Positions 24,102 to 35,655 of a stretch of DNA of 64,000 nt are shown here, in pieces (the first letter of the stretch is position 1; each line of letters starts with the position of its first letter). Both the position numbers and the translations under genes were made by a program. The notes under the pieces were generated by a model. That model had not been told where the DNA came from. It did no database searches and was given only the letters and a program-made list of their open reading frames with translations. Origin of the DNA: Stylophora pistillata (taxonomy: Eukaryota). The DNA lies in NCBI RefSeq assembly GCF_002571385.2, contig NW_019218084.1:275516-339515 (forward strand), written 5' to 3'.

Positions 24102-27100
24102 AATAAAATTAAAATGTAATTTTGATTTACATGGTGTGATAATTATTAGCTGGTGCTTACCTATCAGTAGAGTTGGATTATTTGTAGGTGATTTTTGCCA
24201 GAGCTTAAAGGTAGATATTTAGTTAATTCTGTCTTCTTTAATAACCCTTTAACTCCCAGACGTGATCTACATGTAAATTCTTCTTGAAATTTCAATGTGT
24301 TACCTAACTTGCAAACAAGTAGTGAGAACAGACAAGCAAATCAGCTAGAGGGTGTTATCTTGCTAGTACACCAAATTCTTGTGTCTAATTTACAAGGAAC
24401 TGTATCACCGTCAGAAGTGAGCAATGCGAATTAGATCTTTGGAATTTAAGGGTTATAGAACACATACCAGAAGTTCCAGAGTATTTAATTAATATCTTAC
24501 TTGTAGGTGACTTATGTGGCACAGGGTTTCATAAACAGTAACAGAGAAATGCTGGATCCAAGTCTTCTGAACTGCATGCAAGGTACAGTCAGCACTTGGT
24601 AGGAGAAGTAGTCAGGCAGATTCGTTCATCATTAATTACGTTGTACTTCCTCAGCATTTAATAGTTTCTTCTTGAACAAGATTTATCTCAAACTACTAGA
24701 CTGACAATCTATCAAACATAACATTCGACCTATTTATTTCTCTTTCCCAAGAAGCAAAATTTTCGATAAAGGGTATAATGATGGTTACACAAACCATGAC
24801 TCACGACAAATTATTTTTCCAACTAACATGCACGGACCATTCATTTTTTTTAATACTTGTATGACGCCACTAATAGTTAAATGATCGACTGAGCACTGAA
24901 CTGTAATACCCAGTGCATTCGGCTGGTTTTTGCTGACAACAAACTTGAACAATTGAGGGTGATACAAAACAGAAAGAGTCACTGGTTTGCGGAGTTCACA
25001 CAAATTTTTAATATCCATTGGGTAAGTTATGATCACAACCGCAAAAGTATGAATAAATATGGAGAAGACAAAGAAAGATGTAATATGTTTGCATGAGCAT
25101 GGGGGAAAAATTATACCCACTGCGAGAATTTGCAGCATTAGACCTTCCAGTCATGTGGTTGTATTCTTTCCCAACTGAACTATCTTTGAAAGAAATCATT
25201 GATGATCCACGCCAGTCTTAAAATAACAATCCAATGTTCATGTTGTTCTTTCTTTCAAGGTAGCAGTAATGAGTTCGTGGGTAAACTTTTTAGAGCTACC
25301 ATTTCAGGAACAGGTTCATTATCAGTACATCAAGAAAGGTATAAGAAAAAATGTCACATGAATGTGGATATGTATGAACTTTTTCATGAATCAAATGTTT
25401 CACCAAATTTCTGCACGGAAGGTTGAAAACACATCGGGAGTGTCCAATCAGATGTGGGCTTCACATGCTATATGTTTTCTACAAAGTAATTGAGCTCTCT
25501 GAGCCTAACACGCTGTTGATGGCGTTATGTAAATTTACTTCACGTTTTCTTGTCCAATGTACTGCGACTGCAATTAATTTTTTTTTGAAAAAGTGGTGTT
25601 CAAAACATGTTGTTGTCGTTTTGAAGAGCTTGTGTCGGTTTGCTTCCAGATCAGCGGTTCCAGACATTTTGAGGCAAATGAAGAAAAACAAAAAGTAAGA
25701 AAAGTGTGCGAGTCTGTGTCTCGATAAATTTTAAGTTTCACAGTTCCTTTAAAAAAATAAAAGCAAAGTTTTTGTTGTTATTATGTCGTCAAACGGTCGA
25801 GTACCGCTAAACTCAGAAACTAGTCACCCGCTAAGGTGGAAAATAATTATACTCTGTGCAAAAGATTTTTGACGCCGGGCAAAAGAGGGTTTAGAACTTA
25901 AGATCATTCGGGAACACTCAAACCTGTAGTCTTAATGATTCATGGCGACACTGTTATGATAGAAGCATATTGATATCATAATGCACGAGATACTTTTTTG
26001 CTCGTTGTTTTTTATTTTAGCCTTTATTAATTTATACCGCTCAGGGTAGCCCTTTCAGACGCAAAAAGCTGTCTGTTATCAATAGGAGCCCTGAGCAACA
26101 ACGCACAAAAACCACACTAAACATATAAACATTACACTAATACAGGTAATAATATAAATAGAAAACTATTTACAAGTAAAAGATTAAAAGATGTATAACA
26201 CGAAATATCATTAAGATAATTCGTTAAAAAATCANNNNNNNNNNNNNNCCATACGCAAGTCATTTTAGTGAACATGACTTCTTCTGATCAGTAAACTGAT
26301 ATGAAATGGCACCATTTTTCTTATTATTAGCCAGCGTTTGTGTTGCCTTGGGGTAATCTTGTGATTTATGTCAATTTAACATCGTCTGAAAACTCTAAAA
26401 ACGCCATTAAAGACCTGCACTGTACACTATTGTTGTTTTTACATATTCAGCGTGCAACACTTGACTGCTACAGATTCTCGTCAGGCAGAAAGGGGTTTCC
26501 ATACAATTGGATCTCAGTTAAGAGTAAGTATTCTTCACTGAACAAGGACCGATTTTCATAGCCATCATCAACGTTCACTCAGAACAAAAGGAGGTAAAAG
26601 GAGTAAATGATCTCCAGTCTCGTAAACAGTTTAAAGCGCGGGAAGACGCGGAAAGCGCGGGAAGACGCGGGTGACCAAGTTGCGATTGGTTTAATTTTAG
26701 CTTTGCAAATGATTGACTGGGAAGATGGCGCGAGCTCTCTGGACCAATCAGAGAGCAATACTATAGATAAAGAAAACTGGAAATAGCTATAGGCATGAAA
26801 AGGAAAATATCAGTCATTGACTCTTAAAAGAGGTCGCTTTGTATCATTTACATAAGTTGTTGCTAAGGAGATGATTATATTGGGGATTTCGTTGTAAAGA
26901 GGGAAAGTGTTATGGGGGGCTTCCCGAGTTTTTCCAGTAATGAGACTTGATACCTTTTTGCAGGTTTCTATCGCTGAACTTATGAAGAAAGTGTTGTCGT
27001 GTGAAGTGCATTTTATCAGGTGTGGTTTCTCTCCTAATGTAAGGGCCATTATAGGGTACTTGTGCTGTGATAGTAATCTTTGAGTTTCCAAAGTTTTGGA

Positions 27101-28590
27101 CTGATTGGTTCAGTTTTTTTTCCAGTTAAAATAAGGAGCATCCATTAAATCTTTGGTTAGAAATCAACGATAAGATTCGAATTCGAAATAGCTTGACAAC
27201 AGATCTAAAAAGATTAGTTACATGGTAAACCTTATTTCTCACTTCTTGGTGCTGAAAACACCTCGCCAGTGAAAGACACACGACTGATCAAGAACTTTTG
27301 ATTAAAAAACTGACTCGTCAGTGGTCAGAGATGGGGACTTTTTCTCATGGGAAGACTTCCCTTAATTTTTTTCCATCTGCGTCGTACCGGAAAACTTGGC
27401 TACAAAAGAGCTATCATGAAAAATGTGCAATATTAATGAGGGTTATAGTACTTGCAATAATTGCTAAGTTTTTTTTACAGCTCACTCTTTAAGCCTAATG
27501 ATGTGTCTTAACTGGACTGGCTGTTTATTTATCAGGTGCATTAAGCCAAACTCGTATCAGTCCCCCGACCGCTTTGATCCTGACACGGTTCTCGCTCAAG
27601 TGAGGGCGCTGGCTGTGGTTGAGACGATACAGATGAGGAATCTTGGGTTTCCTGTTTGGTTCCCATTTGATGTCTTCATCAAAAGGTTGGCCCACCTTTA
27701 GTACTCTGTGGTAGTTCGCGCATGCGCGCTGGAGTGTAGAGCGGTTTTGTTTCGAGTCACAAATCTGTTCCAGGCTTGGTTTTTGAAACGGCGATTATAC
27801 CTCCAGGATGAAAGTCAAATAAAATAGCCCTTTTCCGTGTTCTTACGGTTCAGAGATTTGGTACTGAAACGAAGACGACGAGAGTGGCTTCGCAAGTAGT
27901 CTCGTTCTCGCGCCAGCCCTCTCTCTGCAAAACCATAGAACTTAATCAAATTTCTCCTTTAGTTGATCCAATTGTGTTGTGAACGACCCTTCCCTTGATC
28001 TACGCTTATAGTTTTTAGCTTAACGGACTCAATTCACTGAGATTTCTTTTAACAGGTTTGGCATCCTGGTTGGTCTGCCCTCAAGTGCATCCGTGAAAGA
28101 CACGAATCAGACATGTCAGAAGATGCTCCGACAGTTGGCAGGTCCTCAAGGTTGGAGACTGGGTAAAACTAAGGTACCGAGACCTGATGTTTGGTCGTAA
28201 TAGGGGAATCCTTGTTTACAATATTTGCCTCATTAGCATAATGAGGCAAATATTTTTAGCTCCATCAGTTTCTGATGGAGCTAAAAATAAATCAGTTCTG
28301 AATATCGAAAGGTCAAAGTACGATTAACTCGGCCAATGAATACGAACCTGATGCATTGAATACTTTTTGTGCAACACGGGTTTAAAAACTCAGAATTTTA
28401 CATAGAATGTATGAGCTCATTAGCGCTTTTGCCACCCAGAAATTTTGCAGTTTTTGATGGACTATTTCTCCTTGAATATTACACCCAAAGAGCTACAAAT
28501 TTCACCATGTACTAAGGTTTTCTAGCTCTTTAGTTGCCTGAAGTCAATTTGTATCTAACATGCTTCCTTCTTTACGCAAAGCCGTATGCA

Positions 28591-28621
<31 letters not shown>

Positions 28622-31600
28622 GTGAACCCGCCATTTCTCTAGAGCGTCTTCTCAGCACGTTACAAAGTTGTTGAAAAATTTGATTTTGGCTAGTGAAACT
28701 GTAGGTCTTTTTTAATTCAATTTTCGAATCTTAACTTCCAGTGTTCATATTCTTTTTGCTGTTAACGTTGTCTTGAAAGCTTTTTGTATCGCAACAGGTG
28801 TTCTTGAAGTACTGGTGTTTGGATAGGTTATACACTCTCCTGCATCGCTTCGACTCTATGGCTGTCGTCATACAAAAAGGTAAAACCACTCAGTCTTTGA
28901 TTCTTATTGCGATATTCTGCTCTAGATGCATTCTTGGGTGTATTATCCACTCATTACTTTCCGTGCGATTTCGTCGGATGAAACGCATCACGTGTTACAA
29001 ACTCAGGGAATGGTTAACAGGACGGTACTCCGTATGATGTAGGAGGTACTCCGTATGATTTAGCATCTGTCAAGTCAGAGTGTATTGCCTCGGAAAATCC
29101 AGCTACGTGATAAAGCATTTTTCTAATGTTTTCTCAATTCCTTTGATTGGTCGTAAAACCCTTGCGCAACCTCCTAAGCCAATCAGATGCAAAACATACC
29201 CAGGCACAGTTTCCCCGTGCTTCGCCCTAGTCATGTGAGCTTACTTCGAGTGCTGATTGGCTCCATTTGACATTTAACTGTTTTCTGATGGCTAGTTGTG
29301 ATTATCTTAGCCCTGGCTTTATGAAACGCAACGGAACAAATGCTATTAAAAGTTTGCACCTATTGCTTTATCGTAGAATAATATCGATGACTCTCTCGAA
29401 AATTCGCGTGAAAGAACCAAACCAGTTGGAGGGTACACTTGATAAAAAAAGTAAGGCGGCAGAGTTACGCTTCGAGGAACCACTTCAGGCGAATATGCAT
29501 CACGAGCCTTTAGAAAAACAAGGCACAGCTATTTTCTTGGTAGAACACATCTACTGAAGTATTTTGTAAAGATGATAAACATTCCATGGGTTTTCTTTAG
29601 TTGTCAGAGGCTGGCTAGCAAGATCCCTTTATTCCAGGCTAAAACGGCTGAAAGTGGCGCAGGAAAATAATGTGAAAAGTTTCCTGAATACGGTGAGTGC
29701 AGCATTAAACCACAAACTCTCCAAGAGGTGTTGTAAACAAGATTTTATGTCGGAATGAAAAAGTAATCTTGGCATAACACCACACAGTTGTACACTCTTC
29801 TCCGCGCTGGCTTTCTTGGTTACAGCGGGGAGCGACCGCTGAGGGGACTGGAAGCCATAAGTTTGTTTATTGATTTTTTTCCGCTGTTATCTTGCAGATC
29901 GGTGATCGAAGTGAGGCGATATTTCAACATAACACCAACCAAGTGAGGGAAGAGGACTCCAAGCAAAAACATAAACAAAACGAGGTAATGGTCAAACTGG
30001 CCAGCGGTACAACTATTGCAGAGGATAAGAATATTACCCTTTCTTGCAATTGAGTGAAGACAATGCTCGCATTTACCGTAACCAGAGAAAAATATCAAAA
30101 GAGTAATAGGAAAAATCAGTAACTATTTTTTCACCTTTTGCTTTGAGAGCGAGAATAAGAATGTCGACAAACCTGATCGCCCCGAAGCGGGCTAGAAACA
30201 TGATCACATGCCAGCCATCTACGGAGAAATGCGAAGGAGGCTTTACGCGTTATACGTAGTTCCGCTTATTACTGTTTTTTTTTTTTTTCAGTCCAGATTG
30301 CGAGTAATATTGTAAGGAATGTGGAATTCATTCAAGTAAAGAGCAATTTATTTGCAAAAACGCTTAAACTTCATTTTCAGAAAATGTTTACCTGATTTGT
30401 TTAGTTGATAAAAATGCTCAACACATAAGTTATTCCAGGTAATGACCTTAAACTTCGAAATCATATTTAGCGCGTTTAGGATGCCTTTAGTTTTGCATAT
30501 GATTGTTGCATATGGTTGTTGTGAGTTTTCCAGATTAATCATAGAGTGTATAGAAGGTAGACAATACAATCACAGATTACTTAGGATACTCATTTGAAAT
30601 TGCTCAGTGTCTACACCGCATAACGTACTTAGGAACTGATGTATTTAATGCTATTTTTTGTTTAGTTGGCCAATGTGAACAGACAGGCATGGAGTCCAAA
30701 CCTTCTCAACCAAAAGAGTCCATCAACTTCCTCGCAAGCGTCAAGTATGTAAATAATTGCTTTTTTTTGTTTTGTTTACTGAATTAGATGTAATCGAGTT
30801 CATTACTGACACTTCTCACAGATGCAATGCGTTCGAGTCCAGTACTTTGGAAGAAGCTCCCACACAGGTTTAATATAATTTTCATGCTCCATTTTCTGCC
30901 TTTAAAAGCACACACAACCCACAATTCCTCTATTCGCTCCGACGAAGGGCTAACGCTCGAAACGTCAGCTTTTGTAATCGTTACGTTGGCGAATTTACCA
31001 TTTCAACTTTGTTAATAAATCCAAATTATTTTGTTACTCCTACCGACGCAGCCCCAAACAGTTTCTTTCGAAACTATCAGCCTTTAATTATTAATATAAT
31101 TTTGCTTCACTGCATATCTTTATTTCAGTTTGCTTCACCTGTAATTTGTGCGCGCAGACTGAAGAGTGTCAAGTTTTGTAAAAACCTTCAAAAGTCAGGC
31201 AATTCTGCAATAAAATGTTTGCAGGCCTTGGAAAGGATATGATTTGATTGTGCGTGTGTTTTGGCAAGTTGTGAAAAATTAATGAAATTGAAATTTTGAA
31301 AACATTAATCTCTTTCATAGAAACAGCCTCAATAGCAACTTTTTTTTAAATATATACTTTTTTTTAAAAACTATCCAGTGCTTGTGTCATTTTTTTTTTT
31401 AATTTAGGTGATAAATTTTCGTTGTAATTTTTTGTGGTCTGATGTGGTTTTTCCACAGGTTTCGATTTCCCGGACACAGGCTCAGCACCGACTTCCCCTC
31501 GCCTCAGTCCTCCGCAGCGGAGCCTGTCTGACATATCTGAGGGTTCTATCTCCGATGTATTCGGCCCAGACTCTCCTATATGTCCCGGTCCTGCGAAGTC

Positions 31601-34600
31601 GAGAGCTTCTGACTCATCAGTGAGTTCTGTTTCCGATGTATTCGGCCCAGACTCTCCTACACGTCCGGGTCCTCCGAAGTCGAGAGCCTCTGACTTATCA
31701 CTGGGCTCTGTCTCCGATATATTCGGCCCAGACTCTCCTACACGTCCCGGTCCTCCGAAGTCGAGAGCCTCTGACTTATCACTGGGCTCTGTCTCCGATA
31801 TATTCGGCCCAGACTCTCCTACACGTCCCGGTCCTCCGAAGTCGAGAGCGTCTGATTTGTCCATTCTCTCCGTCGAATCGCTGTTTTCAAATGTGAGTTT
31901 CCATGTAAATTAGCATAACATTGAAGCGATAAATTTACTGAGCACTGTTGAAATTGGCTTATGGCATGGTTGAACCGGCTATTCTGATTGGTTATGTAAG
32001 AGGTTAGGGTGAGCCAATCCAGCCCATTCGGGATCGCCCCCTTTGTTCCCGCGAAAATTCAAATGCGCGAGATCAGTTTGCGACGTTCAAAGCCTCAGCG
32101 CAACTTGCAAGAAAATAGATATTTAAGGGAATATTTCAAGGTACCGACCCTTCAACTCCCAAGATATGATGTTAATTCTTCCCTCTAACCTCTACACATT
32201 TCTTTGTAAAGTAGTAAGGAGAATTTGGCGTTAGATCAAGATAACGACTTCTACTTGATAATTTTGGTTATTATCATCACCTGTTTATGAATAATGTATT
32301 GATATTTCTGAGAGAAGTTACATTTTAGTCACCTCTGGTTAATTTAGAGTTAATTTAGTGGCCCAGAACATAGCAACCACTTGTTTAGACGACTTTCGTC
32401 AATTTACTTTGCACAAAACGGAACTCTATAATGCAATATTTGGAGCTTTTAACTCAAAAGTTTCTCCATTCATCATTAGGAATCTGAAACGGAATTCGAT
32501 GCTGCACCCCTGGTTTGGTGTAAAATAACTTGCTTCGAAAGAGAAATTCCACGAAGTGAGTTTTCCATCGATCGTCCATCCATCATAATCGATGGCTCTA
32601 ATAACGCTTTTGACGTCACAAGGTAATAAATACTGAGAATTTTCCGTGCAAAAGTAGAACATTATTTGACATTGTCCTTACCAGAGGGACTAAAAACTCC
32701 CTCTCCCCTCAAAGCCCAAATTGTCCTCAAAGAGTCTAGTAACGTGCTAATAAAACTATTGTATACATCATAGAGTGAAAAAGTTTTGGAGGGAATTTTC
32801 GTGCTAGGAAAATGTTATTTCGTTACATTTATTCGGTGTAGTATGTACGTGCATTTACTTACTCAAACACTTTCCTATTGTACCATACCTCGCGCTATCT
32901 CGTGCCCTGCACTTTCTCTAATCGTGAACAAAGTAGGGTTGTTTTACTGAATTGAAGATTTAAGTGATAAACAGAAGAGGAAGATGACCATATCGGTCAC
33001 AACGGCTAACCAAAAGCCAAACGTAAGACAAGGCACAACCGCTTGGAGAAAAAAAAAAAAACCAGCGACCAAGTAGCCTTGCATCTGATTGGTTAATTGA
33101 GGATATGACGACAATATTTTAGACCAACCACTGAGTGTGGTAAGTAAATCGATCGATATGTTCTCGTTTTTCACCGGTTTTTCTCAGGATCGGCCTCGGA
33201 TCGTTACCACCGAGTTCTGACCCCAAGGTTACAAAACTGCGGAACTACGTTGGAAAGGTGAGTCTATTGTATTTCCCCTAAAGATAAGCAGACAATCGGA
33301 CGCCCGAGAGGGAGGGGGGTTGGGAGTGTCTTTTGATTATGTTCTAATGGGAAAACTGCTAACTCTTGCATTGGCTCTCTCCACTCATCAAAAAAAGAGA
33401 GAGAATGAGAGGACTGGGACGACTTTCGAGGAACTAAGATTCCATCCTGGTAGAATTTCACTGTCTAATCTTCTATAAAATTCTGTCGCTTTGAATGTTT
33501 ATGTAATTTCGGTCTTGCACTTGTGTTTCTCAGGGAGTGGAGATTGTGAACGATGAGCAAGGAAACGTATGGGTGACTCGAGGAAGCAAGAACAAAATTT
33601 TTGTGAAGGTGGGAAGAAGTACATCATTGTGTTCTCCGTACTGTTGTATAGCACTTTCCAGAAACTATCATAACTGCGGTTATAGGGAATCGCAGCCTAC
33701 AGTAGGTTCTTGTATGCAAAGCGCGCTAGCGGAGACCCACACACAAGAAAACATGTTAAAGGGCAGTTAGGACTAATCGACTAGTGCTCCGCTTTCAGTG
33801 TTATTTCAATATCACTATCACGTCCTGAATTGACTCTTCTCTACCTTAATGTCAATGGAGATGTAAATATATAATTTTGATTGAAAATAATTCTTGTACT
33901 GAACAAGAAAGTGCGTTGTGCGAGTGATCGGTACTGAATATTTCATTAATTTTTTATTGAAATTATCAAAAACGTTACAGTCGGAAATTGTTTACCTATG
34001 CAGACATTGGTGCGATAGTCACTTTTAAACTGCCACGGTAGGTTATCTACAGTCCGAAAACTGAATTTTTTTTTTGTTTGCAGGGTCATTTCTTATCCGA
34101 AGAAGTCTTCGCTTCAAAAGGTGTCCTGGAAAAAGATGTCACTCTCAAAGTATGTTGCTTATTTTATTTTATTTTATTTAGCTTAGCCAACCGGCAGGAA
34201 CACCGCAACAGCTTCCGCTGATTACTGCGGGCCCAATAAACCCACTCATTCCACCCCAGGGGAGGACATCCATCACACAGAAATCTCGTGTGTGGGAAAT
34301 TAACATCTCCTACCTAACCCTGCAGGAGACGGAACCTCCATTTATTCGTCCCTATCCGAGAAGACTAGAATATCTAACCATTTCCTTGATGTTATAGAAA
34401 GGCAGCAAATTGTTCTCAATTATTTTAAGACCCTGAGTATTGGTCCGGCCGGGGCTCGAACCCTCGACCTCCCGCACAATAAACAGTCCAGCGCTCTATC
34501 CATTGAGCTAACCGGGAGGCGGTTAGGCTTTTGATGTACTCTGTAGGCATGGAGAGATATGTGCCCCCCTTCCTTTATGTTCATTTCCCATTTATAATTT

Positions 34601-35247
34601 CTTTTCTCAGTAATCTGAAAAAAAAAAAACGCCTACTCACCAAAGACTTCTTCAAGGAATTCAAATTTGACATACTTTCCGCTTCTACCGCTCGCTTTTT
34701 GCATACCGATTTGTGTTTACTTAGAAGTTAAAATGTATATCTATCTTTATTTTCAAATCTAAGTTATATTTTTACATAACGTGTAATCCTCTTTTTTCTT
34801 CACACAACCCCACAAGCTTGTGGCTTAAAATATTATTGTGTGTGAATAAAGGTCACCTATCTATCTATCCGTCTGTCTATCTATCTACCTTATCGATCTA
34901 TCCTACTTACGATGCTACGCATTAATGATCAGTTACTTTTTGTCGAACTCAAATACTTTGTGTGGGGGAAGGTGATTAAACTTAGAGAACGATTAACACC
35001 CGGGAGTAGTTTCATAATCTTTTTCATTCTTTCTGTTTGTCAGGTTTTTGACTGGGAATCTTTCGCAAGCCTAGTTCGACATCACTGTCTGGAGCCCAAG
35101 AATTTTGATTCTGATATCGAGGAGAGGATCTTGTCGAGTACCTCGGTCTACTTCAGTTTTGTGGTAGATGGCGAAGATGACGTCAACACGCCATGTTGGG
35201 CTCAGCTTGATGTTTTGTCTGCCTTCAATCAAGCTAAAGGTCCTTGA
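13916..35247 (+). CDS. Unconventional myosin (class III/XVI-related motor, no kinase) with one IQ, Ser/Pro repeats and C-terminal SMAD MH2 domain; nonsense codon and probable frameshift in this assembly
   Basis: Exons: 13916-14023, 14175-14240, 17531-17758, 18053-18167, 18604-18656, 19081-19175, 20108-20225, 20806-20926, 21146-21217, 21923-22064, 22309-22453, 22813-22893, 23660-23821, 24507-24582, 25260-25338, 25650-25694, 26451-26523, 27481-27685, 28056-28173, 28798-28879, 29601-29692, 29898-29984, 30666-30744, 31459-31892, 32480-32622, 33188-33257, 33534-33608, 34084-34149, 35044-35247. Motifs [68 protein letters not shown]; MH2-like [41 protein letters not shown]. Tail exons around 29898-31459 are less certain. 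Confidence 0.9.
14896..16274. mobile_element. Fold-back / long-TIR element (~320-bp inverted arms built from degenerate 21-bp repeats) in myosin intron 2
   Basis: 14896-15216 is the reverse complement of ~15953-16274 with scattered mismatches. The ORF track shows the same pseudo-peptide ([29 protein letters not shown]) on both strands. N gap at 15219-15229. Confidence 0.8.
20459..20574. repeat. 56-bp exact tandem duplication
   Basis: TTCTGAGAGGTACTGGTACCCAACGATAGCATATTGGGCACCAGTTTCATTTAATG occurs at 20461 and 20517. Confidence 0.95.
21545..21842 (+). mobile_element. Degenerate copy of SINE family 2
   Basis: Similar to 39182-39479 (GTGTAAATGGG..., TATCCCATCCAAGGGG, GGGCCAC..GGCT.., GACTT). 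Confidence 0.55.
23206..23604 (+). mobile_element. tRNA-derived SINE family 1, copy B
   Basis: TAGCTCAGTTGGTAGAGC and GGTTCAAGCCC boxes, shared body with an internal deletion, tail ending in (ATTT)n. Confidence 0.85.
24241..24455. mobile_element. ~200-bp TTAA-type (piggyBac-like) MITE; related copies at ~32148-32352, 46133-46333, 49879-50082, 55730-55880, 57005-57185
   Basis: Ends AACCCTTTAACTCCCAGA and TTTGGAATTTAAGGGTT. Shared internal sequence among copies. Confidence 0.6.
30910..31075 (+). mobile_element. Penelope-like terminal remnant with hammerhead-like motif (30936-30969)
   Basis: GCT CCGACGA A GGGC TAAC GCTC GAAAC GTC AGC. Flanks are homologous to the copies at 3308 and 4021. Confidence 0.65.
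31540..31862 (+). repeat. Coding 81-bp (27-aa) tandem repeat x4 in the myosin tail
   Basis: TCCGAT(G/A)TATTCGGCCCAGACTCTCCT starts at 31551, 31632, 31713 and 31794. Unit SVSD(V/I)[22 protein letters not shown]. Confidence 0.95.
34159..34520 (-). mobile_element. tRNA-derived SINE family 1, copy C
   Basis: Reverse complement of the copy A/D head and body, with a distinct 3' tail ending in (AATAA)n. Confidence 0.85.
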
Positions 35248-35655
35248 ATGTTTCTTCGTAGGAGTTACCTGACAAGGAATCGCCTTAATTAATTTTTCAC
35301 ACGGTGGAGAGGCAACTTACTTAAACTGCATGAAGTTTAGCGCGACGTAACTTCCACGCAAGCGGGCGAGCGAAACGCAAACACTTAATTCTTCTCATAT
35401 TTCAAGCTTGTGATATCATTCTTAGAATCTTGGTAGCCCATAGTGCTGGTGGCCTCTACAGGATTTAAAAAAAAAAAAAAAAAGCTCGAGAAACCCCAAG
35501 ATTGATCAGTATTCAAATTTCAAATATCTAACGAGAATCTCTGTTTTAAGCGAAAGTTTCCTCAGGGATTCATTAAGTGTTCAATGCTTGTTTATTAACC
35601 AATAATTTTTTGCAACTGCGTTTGATAAAGATTAACAGTAGTCATCAACGGTAAG

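Noticed and set aside
30788-30867. Possible extra myosin tail exon
   Set aside because: Phases are incompatible with the open frame of exon 31459, whereas 30744 joins 31459 directly in phase 1. Not fully excluded.
31540-31862. CRISPR-like array
   Set aside because: Contiguous 81-bp tandem units with no unique spacers, inside a eukaryotic exon.
31364-31864. 166-aa minus-strand repeat ORF
   Set aside because: Antisense shadow of the myosin repeat exon. The plus frame has splice sites in phase with the flanking exons.
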